Shown in pieces: positions 10,534-20,101 of a DNA stretch of 64,000 bases (within the stretch, counting starts at the first letter, position 1; each line of letters starts with the position of its first letter). The position numbers and the translations under genes are program-made. This DNA is from a virus. Its lineage: Duplodnaviria; Caudoviricetes. The DNA is taken from the IMG/VR virus record IMGVR_UViG_3300042275_000095, positions 27,110 to 91,109 of that record; one strand, given 5' to 3'. The notes under the pieces are model-generated. The model saw only the letters and a list, made by a program, of their open reading frames with translations. It was not told the DNA's origin and searched no databases.

Positions 10534-10871
10534 ATTGTACCTTGTAAATTGTAATTATTGACTAATCTTTCTATATCAGAACTGTCAGTTATAGCAAACA
10601 TTGTACTATCTAATAACCAAGCTTCTTCTTGTGTTAAACTAGGTTTCATCATAAATGTATTATATAATATATAACCTGCTACACGTTCTTTTTTATATGT
10701 AAATAATTCATAGTTTAATGAATCTATAATAGCTGGGTATTCATTATCACATTTATTTTTTAATTCTACAACTCTTGTTGATAACACTCTAATATTAACT
10801 GTTAATACTACTATACATATACATAATATACCTATAGCTATATTTCGTTTATCATTTGTTAATCGTACCAT
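10521..10871 (-). CDS. hypothetical membrane-anchored protein
   Basis: Likely start at 10871 (MVRLTNDKR). Hydrophobic IAIGILCICIVVLTV followed by a coiled-coil-like segment. Confidence 0.65.
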   Translation of the reverse strand: MVRLTNDKRNIAIGILCICIVVLTVNIRVLSTRVVELKNKCDNEYPAIIDSLNYELFTYKKERVAGYILYNTFMMKPSLTQEEAWLLDSTMFAITDSSDIERLVNNYNLQGTIWDK

Positions 10872-11439
10872 TGTATTTAGGATTAAATTGATATTCAGGT
10901 ACAACCTTACTAAATAATTTATATAATAATTTCCAATGCTCATTATATATAGTTATAAATTCTTTATTTATACCTATATATGAAGGATGATACATTGGCA
11001 TTATTATCATATTTTTATATCTAAAAGGTTTACCTGCTAATTTCTTCACTTGATTAGAATAACCAGTGATTGTAGATATTGCAGTATTACCAAATAATAC
11101 TAATATCTTTGGTTTTACAACATTAATCTCTCGTATTAAATACTCTTTACAATTATTTATTTCATTACTGTTAGGTTCTCTATTACGTGGAGTTTTACAT
11201 TTTATTATATTAGTTAAATATAAATGTTCTTTTTCCCATCCATATAAATTAATATAATAATCTAATAGTTGTCCTGACTTACCTACAAATGGCTCTCCTA
11301 ATTTATCTTCTTTATAACCAGGTGCTTCTCCTATGAACATCATATCAGCATTAATTGATCCTTTTCCATCAACTACTTGAGTTCTTGATATACATAAGTC
11401 ACATCTAATACAAATTTTAATATTAGGATTTATGCTCAT
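10852..11439 (-). CDS. udg: uracil-DNA glycosylase, family 4
   Basis: CxxC-x-LC Fe-S ligands, GEAPG, PFVGKSG, TNIIKC..P.NREP, YHPS. Confidence 0.95.
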   Translation of the reverse strand: MSINPNIKICIRCDLCISRTQVVDGKGSINADMMFIGEAPGYKEDKLGEPFVGKSGQLLDYYINLYGWEKEHLYLTNIIKCKTPRNREPNSNEINNCKEYLIREINVVKPKILVLFGNTAISTITGYSNQVKKLAGKPFRYKNMIIMPMYHPSYIGINKEFITIYNEHWKLLYKLFSKVVPEYQFNPKYNGTINK

Positions 11440-11442
11440 AGT

Positions 11443-12813
11443 CTAAGTTATTGTATAAGCTCTATACTTTGCTCTACTTAATGCAGTATATAACAAATTG
11501 TTTCTAAACTTACTTTGATATTCTTCAACTTGAAAGTCTTTTAAATCTACTATAATATTATCAACAGTTGTACCTTGTAATTTGTGAGTTGTTAAAGCAT
11601 ATCCATAATCTAATTCTTTTTGTATTGTATCATATACACTTCCATCTGTAGCATATAAATAAATATCATCTAATGTTAAATGAGAATCTTTAAATGCATA
11701 ATACTTTATCCAATTTTTACGTCTTTCAGCTTTAGTTGATTGTTTTGCTCTAATGTACGCTTGTTTTAATGCAGGTACAAATCTATTATTATAGGTAGGT
11801 GAATCTCTATTTACAATATTTACAGTTACTATCTTTTTAGTATCCATATTTTGTAAAGTTGTTAAACATCCATCTATTCCTTTTTCATCTGTTCTATATA
11901 CTACATCTATTACAATGTAATCATCACTATTTACAATAGTTGTATTTAGAAAAGAATCTAATAATGTTTTATAACCTGTTAAAACATCACCTTTAACTAA
12001 CATTCCATTTGCATTTGGAAACAATCGTGATCTTATTGATAAGTTAGCATCAGCTATGGTATCTCTACGCCAAGCTGTAAATCTAGTATTTCGTATATCA
12101 GTTACATCTATAAAAAACTCATCTAATAATGCAGGTTTCATATGTCTAGTTAAAGTTTGAATACCAGTTTCCATTTCTCGTAAATCAGCTTTAGCTCTAG
12201 ATAATAATGCATTATTAATTCTACTACTACCGTTTTTTATATCACTTCTTAACTCTGTTAAAAGCATTAATAATTTATTATTTTTAGATTGTCTTACAAC
12301 TTCAGTTAGTTCAAAACTGTCTTGAGTTGCAAATGTTCTAGATATACGATTTTCACCAATTGGTGGTAATTGATATGGATCACCAACATATATTATTTTA
12401 ACACCTAATTTCTTTGCACGTTCAATAGTTAAAGTATGTATACCATGTGGTATTTGAGATGCTTCATCTATAACTATAAGTTTATAATTACCTAATTTTT
12501 GTTCACCCATAGGGTCAAATTGCATACTTCCAACTTTAAAATCAGATATATTGAAATTTGGTCTTAATCCATGTAGTGAATGTAATGTTTCACCCTTTAC
12601 TTTAGTTGCTTGTTCTATAACACGTACTGCTTTATGAGTAGGTGCAGCAACTGCTTTAGAATAATGAATACTTTGTAAAAAGTCTTTCATCATAAAAGTT
12701 TTACCTGTTCCAGCAGGGCCTTTAATTACAGTCCATACTCTATTAGAACTCTCTAAAAACTTTAATAAATGATCTTTACCTTTTTGTTGACTAATCGTTA
12801 AGCTCATACTCAA
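11443..12813 (-). CDS. Dda/RecD-like SF1B DNA helicase
   Basis: GPAGTGKT, APTHKA, VIDEAS, GDPYQLPP, VVRQ, YALTTHKLQG, YTALSRA. Confidence 0.93.
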   Translation of the reverse strand: MSMSLTISQQKGKDHLLKFLESSNRVWTVIKGPAGTGKTFMMKDFLQSIHYSKAVAAPTHKAVRVIEQATKVKGETLHSLHGLRPNFNISDFKVGSMQFDPMGEQKLGNYKLIVIDEASQIPHGIHTLTIERAKKLGVKIIYVGDPYQLPPIGENRISRTFATQDSFELTEVVRQSKNNKLLMLLTELRSDIKNGSSRINNALLSRAKADLREMETGIQTLTRHMKPALLDEFFIDVTDIRNTRFTAWRRDTIADANLSIRSRLFPNANGMLVKGDVLTGYKTLLDSFLNTTIVNSDDYIVIDVVYRTDEKGIDGCLTTLQNMDTKKIVTVNIVNRDSPTYNNRFVPALKQAYIRAKQSTKAERRKNWIKYYAFKDSHLTLDDIYLYATDGSVYDTIQKELDYGYALTTHKLQGTTVDNIIVDLKDFQVEEYQSKFRNNLLYTALSRAKYRAYTIT

Positions 12814-13045
12814 ACACTGTTATGTTAATATTATTAAATGTACCATCTTCATATTTAATCATAACTAAATATTCAGAATGTAGATGTTTAATATTATGTG
12901 TACACATTAGTGTAGTTTTTACTACTGTACGTTTGTGATTGTAGTGACTACTTATAATATATTCTATATTATCTTCGTTATCAGTTACATCTAATAATTC
13001 AGGTCTTCTACAATACTTATTGTTAGTTGCTATTAAAATATACAT
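12791..13045 (-). CDS. hypothetical protein
   Basis: 84-aa ORF in operon. Confidence 0.6.
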   Translation of the reverse strand: MYILIATNNKYCRRPELLDVTDNEDNIEYIISSHYNHKRTVVKTTLMCTHNIKHLHSEYLVMIKYEDGTFNNINITVFEYELND

Positions 13046-13046
13046 A

Positions 13047-13373
13047 TTATTTTACGTTTTGTTCATGACCATCTATTAAGTTTTTACCTACTGATGGTTC
13101 TACATCTACCATAGGCATATCAACAACCTCTTTAACAGTCTCTTCAACTATCTCTGTAATACCCTCGATAGTATTATTATTTATATATAGTATAGGTGTT
13201 TTATCATATTCACCTGTTACTAATAATAAACTATCGTTACTTGTAGATCTAAATACTTCTACACTTTCTACTCTATAGGAAATGGATAGGTCTATAGTAG
13301 TACCCGTAGGAATATAGATAAAGTCCTTATACTTTATTGCCTCCACTATTTCAAAATCTAATTGTTTATGCAT
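13047..13373 (-). CDS. hypothetical protein
   Basis: 108 aa, GGGAGG upstream of the ATG. Confidence 0.7.
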   Translation of the reverse strand: MHKQLDFEIVEAIKYKDFIYIPTGTTIDLSISYRVESVEVFRSTSNDSLLLVTGEYDKTPILYINNNTIEGITEIVEETVKEVVDMPMVDVEPSVGKNLIDGHEQNVK

Positions 13374-13389
13374 ATTTACCTCCCTGTTT

Positions 13390-13719
13390 TTATTGATATG
13401 TTGCTTTAGTTAATCTATATTGATATTTAGTAAATGATGGTAACTCTAATGTATTAAACAATTCATACTCATATTCCTTTAATGGTGGAATATCAAATAC
13501 TTTACTATCTTGTGTAATAGATATATTTCTATTGTCAGTTGCTGCTAATCTCATTATACATTCCAATGTATCTTTAGATAGTATATAGCATGTTGAGAAT
13601 GAACGGTCAGAGTGAATAAAGGCTATATCCAAATAGATATCTGAAATCCATACGCTAAGACCATTACCAAAATGTGCACTTACAATCTTATTCGGTGGTA
13701 CATGTAATTCTTTATTCAT
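13390..13719 (-). CDS. hypothetical protein
   Basis: 109-aa ORF. Confidence 0.7.
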   Translation of the reverse strand: MNKELHVPPNKIVSAHFGNGLSVWISDIYLDIAFIHSDRSFSTCYILSKDTLECIMRLAATDNRNISITQDSKVFDIPPLKEYEYELFNTLELPSFTKYQYRLTKATYQ

Positions 13720-14059
13720 TTGTCAAATCTATTATGTGATAATGCTTTAATGCATTAATGAAATTAGGTAAGTTACTTCTAGTAACATTATCTATTAACT
13801 TACCATCTAACCACCATTGTATAAGGTATTTTCTACTGAACCAACTCTTAGCTTTAGCATATGGTTTAGCTTTATTCTCAATAGGAGAACTAATATATAT
13901 TATTATAGTAAATGGTGTAAACTTCTTTATTACAAAATGACAATGTCTAAAAGGATGGGTTCTAGGACATTGGCTATCACCTATATCATAAGTGTTACTT
14001 ATATACTTTAAATGATTAACTGTATCAATCAATCTATAATGTTTTGGCTTCCTTTTCAT
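13712..14059 (-). CDS. hypothetical basic protein
   Basis: 115-aa ORF. Confidence 0.65.
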   Translation of the reverse strand: MKRKPKHYRLIDTVNHLKYISNTYDIGDSQCPRTHPFRHCHFVIKKFTPFTIIIYISSPIENKAKPYAKAKSWFSRKYLIQWWLDGKLIDNVTRSNLPNFINALKHYHIIDLTNE

Positions 14060-14065
14060 AACATC

Positions 14066-14581
14066 TTATAATAGTTTTAAATATTCAATTAATGTATCTT
14101 CACCAATTATATTAACTGCTTCCATCATTGCATCCTTAGATTTAAAATAAACAGTTAAATTTTTTGTTACAGTATGTGTATTATATCTTAATATAGGAGA
14201 CCCATGGTTATAATACAAATAAAATATCCAACCCGTATTACCTATTTCAGCATGCCAGTCATTACCATTAACGAATCTTGCAACATTTATTAATATAGTA
14301 TATATAGCAACTTTATTAATATCGGTTTGTTTAGTAGTGATAGCTTTTATTGAATCATTACTAATATTTATACGTAAAGGATTCATAGCCTTACATACAA
14401 ATCTACCATCACTCTCTATATAATAACCAAAATCATTATTATCTGCAATTAAAACTTTAATTACATCATGTAATGTAGAAATAGGTTGATTAATTACTAT
14501 TTTACCTTCTTTAAGGTTAGACTCTTTTTCATTAATTTGTTCACCTTTTTCAAGGTGTACTGTATGAGTTCTAGTTTTCAT
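14066..14581 (-). CDS. hypothetical protein, paralog of 21349-21846
   Basis: Shared NVA(R/K)(F/Y)(V/L)NGN.W and V(Y/A)FKS....E.A...IG motifs. Confidence 0.75.
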   Translation of the reverse strand: MKTRTHTVHLEKGEQINEKESNLKEGKIVINQPISTLHDVIKVLIADNNDFGYYIESDGRFVCKAMNPLRINISNDSIKAITTKQTDINKVAIYTILINVARFVNGNDWHAEIGNTGWIFYLYYNHGSPILRYNTHTVTKNLTVYFKSKDAMMEAVNIIGEDTLIEYLKLL

Positions 14582-14583
14582 AG

Positions 14584-14779
14584 TTATTGTTGTATTGAGA
14601 TATGTAATTGATTTTTTACTTCTGAATGTCTATCTTTAACAGATTCGTATATTTTGGTAGCTGTATCAATATCACCACATACCATATGAAATGGCATATC
14701 GAAACAATACCACTACTGTTCTAACTACATCTGGTAATTCTTTGTACCAATCTGTAAATTTATAATCAAATTCTGTCAT
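14584..14779 (-). pseudogene. frameshifted small gene (or programmed +1 frameshift)
   Basis: ATGA-coupled 35-codon ORF. Its +1 frame continues to a TAA ending 2 nt before the next gene's ATG, giving 64 aa if joined at TTT-CGA. Confidence 0.45.
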
Positions 14780-15351
14780 ATTTTATACATTGTTTTATAT
14801 ACGTATACGTAATATACTTGGTCAGTAATTATTTTTATGCTAGTTTGCATATTTGGTATATCTACATGACTGTAGTCAGCTATGAAAATAGCATTAAGTC
14901 CATACTTACCAATTAGAATGTCAACTAAATTACTTAAATTATTAGTAACTGCAATAGGCTCAACTACATTAGCTATAGTATCCTCTTGGTTTATTACATA
15001 TAATTCACTTGGTTTTAGATAATGTTCTAATTTATTAAGCTCATTGATGAACTTTAACTTATGATTCAATACTGTACGATATGACATGCTTGCAAGTCTC
15101 CATAGACATGTACTAGAATGAGTTATATACCCCATCAAGTGTATATAATCATCATCTGTAAGGTCTTCAATAGGTTTACTAATAATAGTTTTACCTTTTT
15201 TAGAACAATGAGGACACGTTAATATAACATAGGTTTTATGCTCATTATCCTCTTTTATTATAGGTCTTGCTGATAATATACCTTCAGTTAATTCTTCAAC
15301 TAACTGAACCATATCAATAACTGGTAACTTTATACTTGCTATATTTCCCAT
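14776..15351 (-). CDS. hypothetical protein with Zn-binding motif
   Basis: CPHC ... HSSTC. Confidence 0.7.
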   Translation of the reverse strand: MGNIASIKLPVIDMVQLVEELTEGILSARPIIKEDNEHKTYVILTCPHCSKKGKTIISKPIEDLTDDDYIHLMGYITHSSTCLWRLASMSYRTVLNHKLKFINELNKLEHYLKPSELYVINQEDTIANVVEPIAVTNNLSNLVDILIGKYGLNAIFIADYSHVDIPNMQTSIKIITDQVYYVYVYKTMYKI

Positions 15352-15371
15352 AACATTTAATTGTTTAATTG

Positions 15372-15475
15372 TATAAAATGACCCTCTACATGGCTATATA
15401 CCTCTGCCTCCGAAAGATTGTACTACTTAGCCCTACTCACTAGCATACGGGTTCCATGTTTCAGGTCATTTATAT
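15372..15475 (-). ncRNA. candidate structured intergenic RNA
   Basis: AAAUGACC/GGUCAUUU and ACAUGG/CCAUGU stems separated by a UGAA/AGAG internal loop, enclosing further hairpins. GC-rich relative to flanks. Confidence 0.45.
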
Positions 15476-15943
15476 TTACTCAGTCGTATGTTCTTCGTTT
15501 ATTTCCTTATATTTATTGTCATAGTGAACATTATTAAATTCATCTCTTGTTGGTATTTGTGAATCACTTAGAATACGAGTGCGATAGTTAGTATTTCTTA
15601 CTAATCCTAATGCCACATTTTTTGTAAAAGCGGTTTTATCTTTCTCAACTTCAAGTTTATACTCTAACGTAGCTATTTTCAAATCACGTTCTCTTTTGTC
15701 ACAATCTCTTTCTCGTACTTCTAATTTTGCATTTCTATCGTCAAAATTTCTATAATGACTAAGTTTATTATTAGCAGTTTCTAATCGTGTGGTTAACTTA
15801 CTTATTTCTTCTTTCTGCTCTATTATAGTCTTAGCGTCTCTTTCACCTTGTTCTAATACTTTCTTTAAAGTATCTCCAACTTGTGCAGGTAAATGCTTTT
15901 TAATTAATTGTTCAATTTCGTTTGTCATAATTTCTTTCTCCAT
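15476..15943 (-). CDS. coiled-coil hypothetical protein
   Basis: 155 aa, charged heptad-like central region. Confidence 0.75.
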   Translation of the reverse strand: MEKEIMTNEIEQLIKKHLPAQVGDTLKKVLEQGERDAKTIIEQKEEISKLTTRLETANNKLSHYRNFDDRNAKLEVRERDCDKRERDLKIATLEYKLEVEKDKTAFTKNVALGLVRNTNYRTRILSDSQIPTRDEFNNVHYDNKYKEINEEHTTE

Positions 15944-15963
15944 GATTTATTTGTGTTATATAA

Positions 15964-16305
15964 TTAATATCCACTTACAGGTAAATCTTGATTCTGTATA
16001 TATGTTCTATGTTCCCATTCATCTTCATCTGGATTAGTTAATGAATGATAATATTGCTTTAATTCTTCGCCTATAGCATCTAACTTAGTAGCACTTTCAT
16101 TATCAGTTGTACCAGTCTGTCTACGTATTGTATCATTAACGCATACTTTACCTAACATACCTCCACCTAAATAGTTTTGATATGCAGCCATCTTTTGACC
16201 CTCAAAACCAAATGGTGTAAGGTCTATCTCTATTCCACCACCTCTACTACTTACTTCAATTCTTAATATTGTAGTTTCTACTCCTTGTAATGTAATTGTT
16301 TCCAT
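15964..16305 (-). CDS. hypothetical protein
   Basis: 113 aa, AYQNYLGGGMLG core. Confidence 0.75.
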   Translation of the reverse strand: METITLQGVETTILRIEVSSRGGGIEIDLTPFGFEGQKMAAYQNYLGGGMLGKVCVNDTIRRQTGTTDNESATKLDAIGEELKQYYHSLTNPDEDEWEHRTYIQNQDLPVSGY

Positions 16306-16386
16306 GTTATTTGATAGTTAGTTAATAGTTAGTTAATCTAGTTGCAATTTCTTTCATTACGTATCCACATACATTACCCATAACCG

Positions 16387-16566
16387 CTAAAACTCCGCTG
16401 GTCTATCAAAAGGCATCATTGGAGGATTATCATTAAGCATTTCGAGATAATGTTCGTAAAGTATTGCGTCCTCACATCTACAACAGCCACAATTGGCAAT
16501 TGCCTTTAGTGCTTTGTCTGCTATTTCTTGGTAAAAATTAGCATCCTGTGTTATTTGTATTGCCAT
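16387..16566 (-). CDS. small hypothetical protein, possibly a truncated remnant
   Basis: 59-aa ORF MAIQITQDANFYQEIADKALKAIANCGCCRC..., below the ORF-track cutoff. Confidence 0.4.
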   Translation of the reverse strand: MAIQITQDANFYQEIADKALKAIANCGCCRCEDAILYEHYLEMLNDNPPMMPFDRPAEF

Positions 16567-16654
16567 ATATCCATCAAGTTTTGTACCGTTCTTTTCCGCT
16601 TTTTGCTATTTGTTTATTCATAAGAAAGTAAATAATAAATACTTCAATTTACTT

Positions 16655-17197
16655 TCATTTAATATTACTAATGTAATTATCAAACCTTTCTTTATTAGTT
16701 GTTTCATCAAAGCTAATATGTGAGAGTTGATGATACTCTAAAAAGTCTTGTTCTGTAGCAGGTTGTAAATCATCTATCCACAATTTATTAACTCCAAAAC
16801 CTAGTAGTTTACTATATTGCATGTTTGTAGTTAATGTAGCACCTCTCATAGGACTATCTGCCAATACATACATATCAATATATCGCCCATCGTACAATTC
16901 TTTTTCAGGTCTGATATAGCCAAAATAGCAATTATCATATACCACATATAATACTTCGTCTTTATGTACCATATTGTAATCTATTTCAACATATAACTTA
17001 TATAGATAATCATGTATTTGATGTAAATGACCAGATGTATTTACACCATCCTTAAATAACTTATTCCTATTAAAATAGTAAGGCATATTATCGTATTTAG
17101 TACCTTTTATGATATATCCAATATACTGATTATCAAAATATACCATAACATGTGGTAATTCTTTATCGTTACCTTTATTACGTTTTAATTCTATCAT
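16655..17197 (-). CDS. hypothetical protein
   Basis: 180 aa, internal duplication VYFDNQYIGYI / VVYDNCYFGYI. Confidence 0.7.
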   Translation of the reverse strand: MIELKRNKGNDKELPHVMVYFDNQYIGYIIKGTKYDNMPYYFNRNKLFKDGVNTSGHLHQIHDYLYKLYVEIDYNMVHKDEVLYVVYDNCYFGYIRPEKELYDGRYIDMYVLADSPMRGATLTTNMQYSKLLGFGVNKLWIDDLQPATEQDFLEYHQLSHISFDETTNKERFDNYISNIK

Positions 17198-17415
17198 TTG
17201 TTAATCTCCTCTATTTTTGATTTATATTCTAATGGTTTAAAATATGCATATGGTGATAAGTTCATAATACATAATAAACATGTATAACTTCCATTTTCAT
17301 TATCATAATCATTACCATTATCATACATACATCTAATACATCCTACAAAGTTAATATTAGGTTCTGTTTCAACAACTATTAAATGATTATCTAACTCTTT
17401 TAATATCTTTTCCAT
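17194..17415 (-). CDS. small Cys-rich protein
   Basis: CIRC ... CLLC. Confidence 0.65.
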   Translation of the reverse strand: MEKILKELDNHLIVVETEPNINFVGCIRCMYDNGNDYDNENGSYTCLLCIMNLSPYAYFKPLEYKSKIEEINK

Positions 17416-17420
17416 ATGTT

Positions 17421-17810
17421 TTATATTAATAACCTAAGTAACATTCCTACAACTAATCCAATTGTTACACTTACACGTATTATACCCCTACGTTTGACTG
17501 AATTACAAAATATGATTGCATTACTAGTATTACCTGTTAAACTTATTATTTTTTTAAGTACATCTAATCTATACTTATGAGGTGCAAATACTAATATTAA
17601 AGTATTTATTGTAATAAATAGCTCACTTAATCTTACTAATCCAAGTAAAATAAGAAACATGTTAAATCTAGTACTAAATTTCATATATAAGTGAGCTTCA
17701 CGTAATTTATTATATACTTTATTATCAGTAATTGCAAGGTCATATACACTTTTATGTGTTTTATCATTTGATTTATTTAATGCATCTAATACTTCATTAA
17801 AGTTTTTCAT
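17421..17810 (-). CDS. hypothetical membrane protein
   Basis: Likely start at 17810 (MKNF), with hydrophobic segments. Confidence 0.65.
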   Translation of the reverse strand: MKNFNEVLDALNKSNDKTHKSVYDLAITDNKVYNKLREAHLYMKFSTRFNMFLILLGLVRLSELFITINTLILVFAPHKYRLDVLKKIISLTGNTSNAIIFCNSVKRRGIIRVSVTIGLVVGMLLRLLI

Positions 17811-17891
17811 AGCAATGGTTATTAAATTAGTGAATAATCGGTAATTCCCCATACGGGAAAAGAGAAGCCATTTTCATTACAAACTAACTAG

Positions 17892-18290
17892 CTACCATTC
17901 TAAATCATCATTTAAACTTTTAAATGGTTCTTCTGTTAACATATAAGCTATCTTATTAAATACTTCTATAATATCGTTGTCAGTTGGGATGATATGAGGT
18001 TTCTCATATTTATAAGATGCTATTATACCTGTATCAACATCATTACCATTTAATAACAATTCTCTTGGTGATTCGTGATCTAGTTTAATTTTAGAAATAT
18101 ATATACCTTTTAATGTGTAATATATAAATATTCCAAATTTAATAGTTAAATAACTATTTATTATAGTTAGTTGTAAGTAAGCAGGTATACTTTTAAATTT
18201 ATCATATGATATAGTTATACCTGTTCTATTATAATACTTTTTAAAACTTGTTTCACTTACAATGTATATAAATCTACTTATAAATTTCAT
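17892..18290 (-). CDS. hypothetical protein
   Basis: Likely ATG at 18290. Confidence 0.65.
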   Translation of the reverse strand: MKFISRFIYIVSETSFKKYYNRTGITISYDKFKSIPAYLQLTIINSYLTIKFGIFIYYTLKGIYISKIKLDHESPRELLLNGNDVDTGIIASYKYEKPHIIPTDNDIIEVFNKIAYMLTEEPFKSLNDDLEW

Positions 18291-18356
18291 AACTAATTGA
18301 AGATTTAAAGGTTTCAATTTTATAATCTAATTGATTAATTTTAAACTGTAAATATA

Positions 18357-18420
18357 AAATGTACCATAAGAATAATGTAAATAAAATCATACTTATTATT
18401 ACAACTCTCATGGTACATTT
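18357..18420 (-). promoter_or_regulatory. long intergenic hairpin (possible RNase III or stability element)
   Basis: AAATGTACCAT/ATGGTACATTT 11-bp stem, extended by a G-U pair on the minus strand. Confidence 0.45.
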
Positions 18421-18430
18421 CTTCTTAGAA

Positions 18431-18763
18431 TTAATCATCATTTTCTATTAATTGTTTATTAGTAATAGCTAAATTGTTAATTTTATCAATATTAGCTTTA
18501 ATTTTCATACCCTCTTTAAAAGGTGACCAATAAATAGCAACACTATACGGCTTAGATGAACCGCTGAATGATTTTTCAGTCCAAGGTGGCCATTTGTTAT
18601 TTTTAGGTAAACTATAAAGTTTATTATATGCATTTATTGTATCAATGTACACAATGTTATAAAATTTATCTTTTACCTTCAATTGCAAACGTTCCAACTC
18701 CTTATTGTAAACAACTTTTCCTTTTACAGGAATGCTTACATCTTTAATCGGTATTGTTTTCAT
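18431..18763 (-). CDS. hypothetical protein
   Basis: 110-aa ORF. Confidence 0.7.
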   Translation of the reverse strand: MKTIPIKDVSIPVKGKVVYNKELERLQLKVKDKFYNIVYIDTINAYNKLYSLPKNNKWPPWTEKSFSGSSKPYSVAIYWSPFKEGMKIKANIDKINNLAITNKQLIENDD

Positions 18764-19292
18764 TGTTTGAAGTTATGTTAAAGATTGAACAGGTTGGAGA
18801 ACGACCTATTATTAATAATTCTCGTTTAGACACTACTACTTCATCTCCATCAGGTAGTGTTATTTCAACTGCTCCAGGTTGTGCAGTTACTCTAATGTTA
18901 GTAACAATACCCCAATTGTATTTCATATCCCACCCTTTTACATGGGCAGAATCTTGTACCATAACTAAGTCATTAAGTCTTAACTTATTAGGTATTACAT
19001 TTGGTTTACCGTATATTATATCACCATCTTTATATTTGTTTTGTACTTTGTATTGCAATCTTCCAAGTATTTTAGTCATACCTGTAATGTCATTAATAAT
19101 TGCAAATTGAGCTAATGGTATAAATTGATTTCTATTATACTTTTTACCATCTGACATTAGATACTTATTTTCATCTCTAATGTACTTTATGATAGTTAGT
19201 CGTTTATCACTATCAAAAGGTAACATTATAGCAGGATTGCTAAATATTATTTCTTCTACTGGCAGTGTTGTAACTATTGCACGTGTTTCCAT
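18744..19292 (-). CDS. hypothetical protein, possible C-terminal SH3/KOW-like domain
   Basis: LNDLVMV...GIVTNI...VEITL...EL pattern. Confidence 0.6.
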   Translation of the reverse strand: METRAIVTTLPVEEIIFSNPAIMLPFDSDKRLTIIKYIRDENKYLMSDGKKYNRNQFIPLAQFAIINDITGMTKILGRLQYKVQNKYKDGDIIYGKPNVIPNKLRLNDLVMVQDSAHVKGWDMKYNWGIVTNIRVTAQPGAVEITLPDGDEVVVSKRELLIIGRSPTCSIFNITSNNENNTD

Positions 19293-19327
19293 AGTTATAT
19301 TATTTGGTTAAACTTTAATGTTTATTA

Positions 19328-19816
19328 TCAATTTTGTAAATATATACCATCAATATCATTTAATAATGAATTAATTAATTCATCGCCTTTATCTATTATT
19401 TTAATTTTATTAGTTTTTCCATTTTTTACTATAGCTTTATTTAATGTTATAGGGTCATAGTCTAATTTAACTAATATGAATTTAAGTGGATCAGTTTTAT
19501 CATTTATAAAATTTTCATCTATGACTAATAATCCTAAATTCTCATTTAGAATTGAACTAGTTGAATAGACAGATACTATATTTTCTAATAGATATAAGTA
19601 ATTTGTAATATTATAACTCTTATGATGTATATCATGAGAATTATCAGTTACTTTATTCATTATATTATTAAATATATCTACTTGTAATTTATCAGTTCTT
19701 ATACCTACTAGTAATTTAAAACGTATTACATCTATACATATCCAAAGATTATCTTCTAATTCTTCAATTAGTAAAAACGGTACGTTTGCAATTTCGGTGA
19801 ACATTCCTTGTTTCAT
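19328..19816 (-). CDS. hypothetical protein
   Basis: 162-aa ORF. Confidence 0.7.
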   Translation of the reverse strand: MKQGMFTEIANVPFLLIEELEDNLWICIDVIRFKLLVGIRTDKLQVDIFNNIMNKVTDNSHDIHHKSYNITNYLYLLENIVSVYSTSSILNENLGLLVIDENFINDKTDPLKFILVKLDYDPITLNKAIVKNGKTNKIKIIDKGDELINSLLNDIDGIYLQN

Positions 19817-19852
19817 AGCTTTTTATGTTAAATTAATAAATCCATTTAAAAT

Positions 19853-19888
19853 AGGGCTGAATCCACTATTACTAGTTTCATCAGCCCT
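19853..19888 (-). promoter_or_regulatory. stem-loop with GUAA tetraloop and tandem G-A pairs
   Basis: AGGGCUGA-UGAA-ACUA-GUAA-UAGU-GGAU-UCAGCCCU on the minus strand. Confidence 0.55.
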
Positions 19889-19913
19889 TGTTATCCCAAC
19901 CACGGAAACTCTT

Positions 19914-19937
19914 AAAAAGGGCTAAATTAATAGCCCT
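19914..19937 (-). terminator. intrinsic terminator
   Basis: AGGGCTA/TAGCCCT stem followed by a T run on the minus strand. Confidence 0.75.
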
Positions 19938-20101
19938 ATTGATAGCTTTTACTTAAATGTAAATTAGACACTATGTTAATTTGATACGGTTAATAAATAG
20001 ATTTTTGTTTGATTAATTATCCAATCTGTAATAATTAATTTGTAGTACGGTAAGAACGTATAATTGTAGTCTATTATTGTAGCTATCTAATGTCTTAAAA
20101 A

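Noticed and set aside
15372-15475. Hairpin ribozyme (GGUAUAU resembles loop B)
   Set aside because: No AGAA/N-GUC loop A pairing or AGAAACA strand in the right arrangement.
19853-19888. Hammerhead ribozyme (CUGAUGA on the minus strand followed by a stem-loop)
   Set aside because: The required GAAA after stem II is absent (GGAU instead), and CUGA is sequestered in an 8-bp stem.
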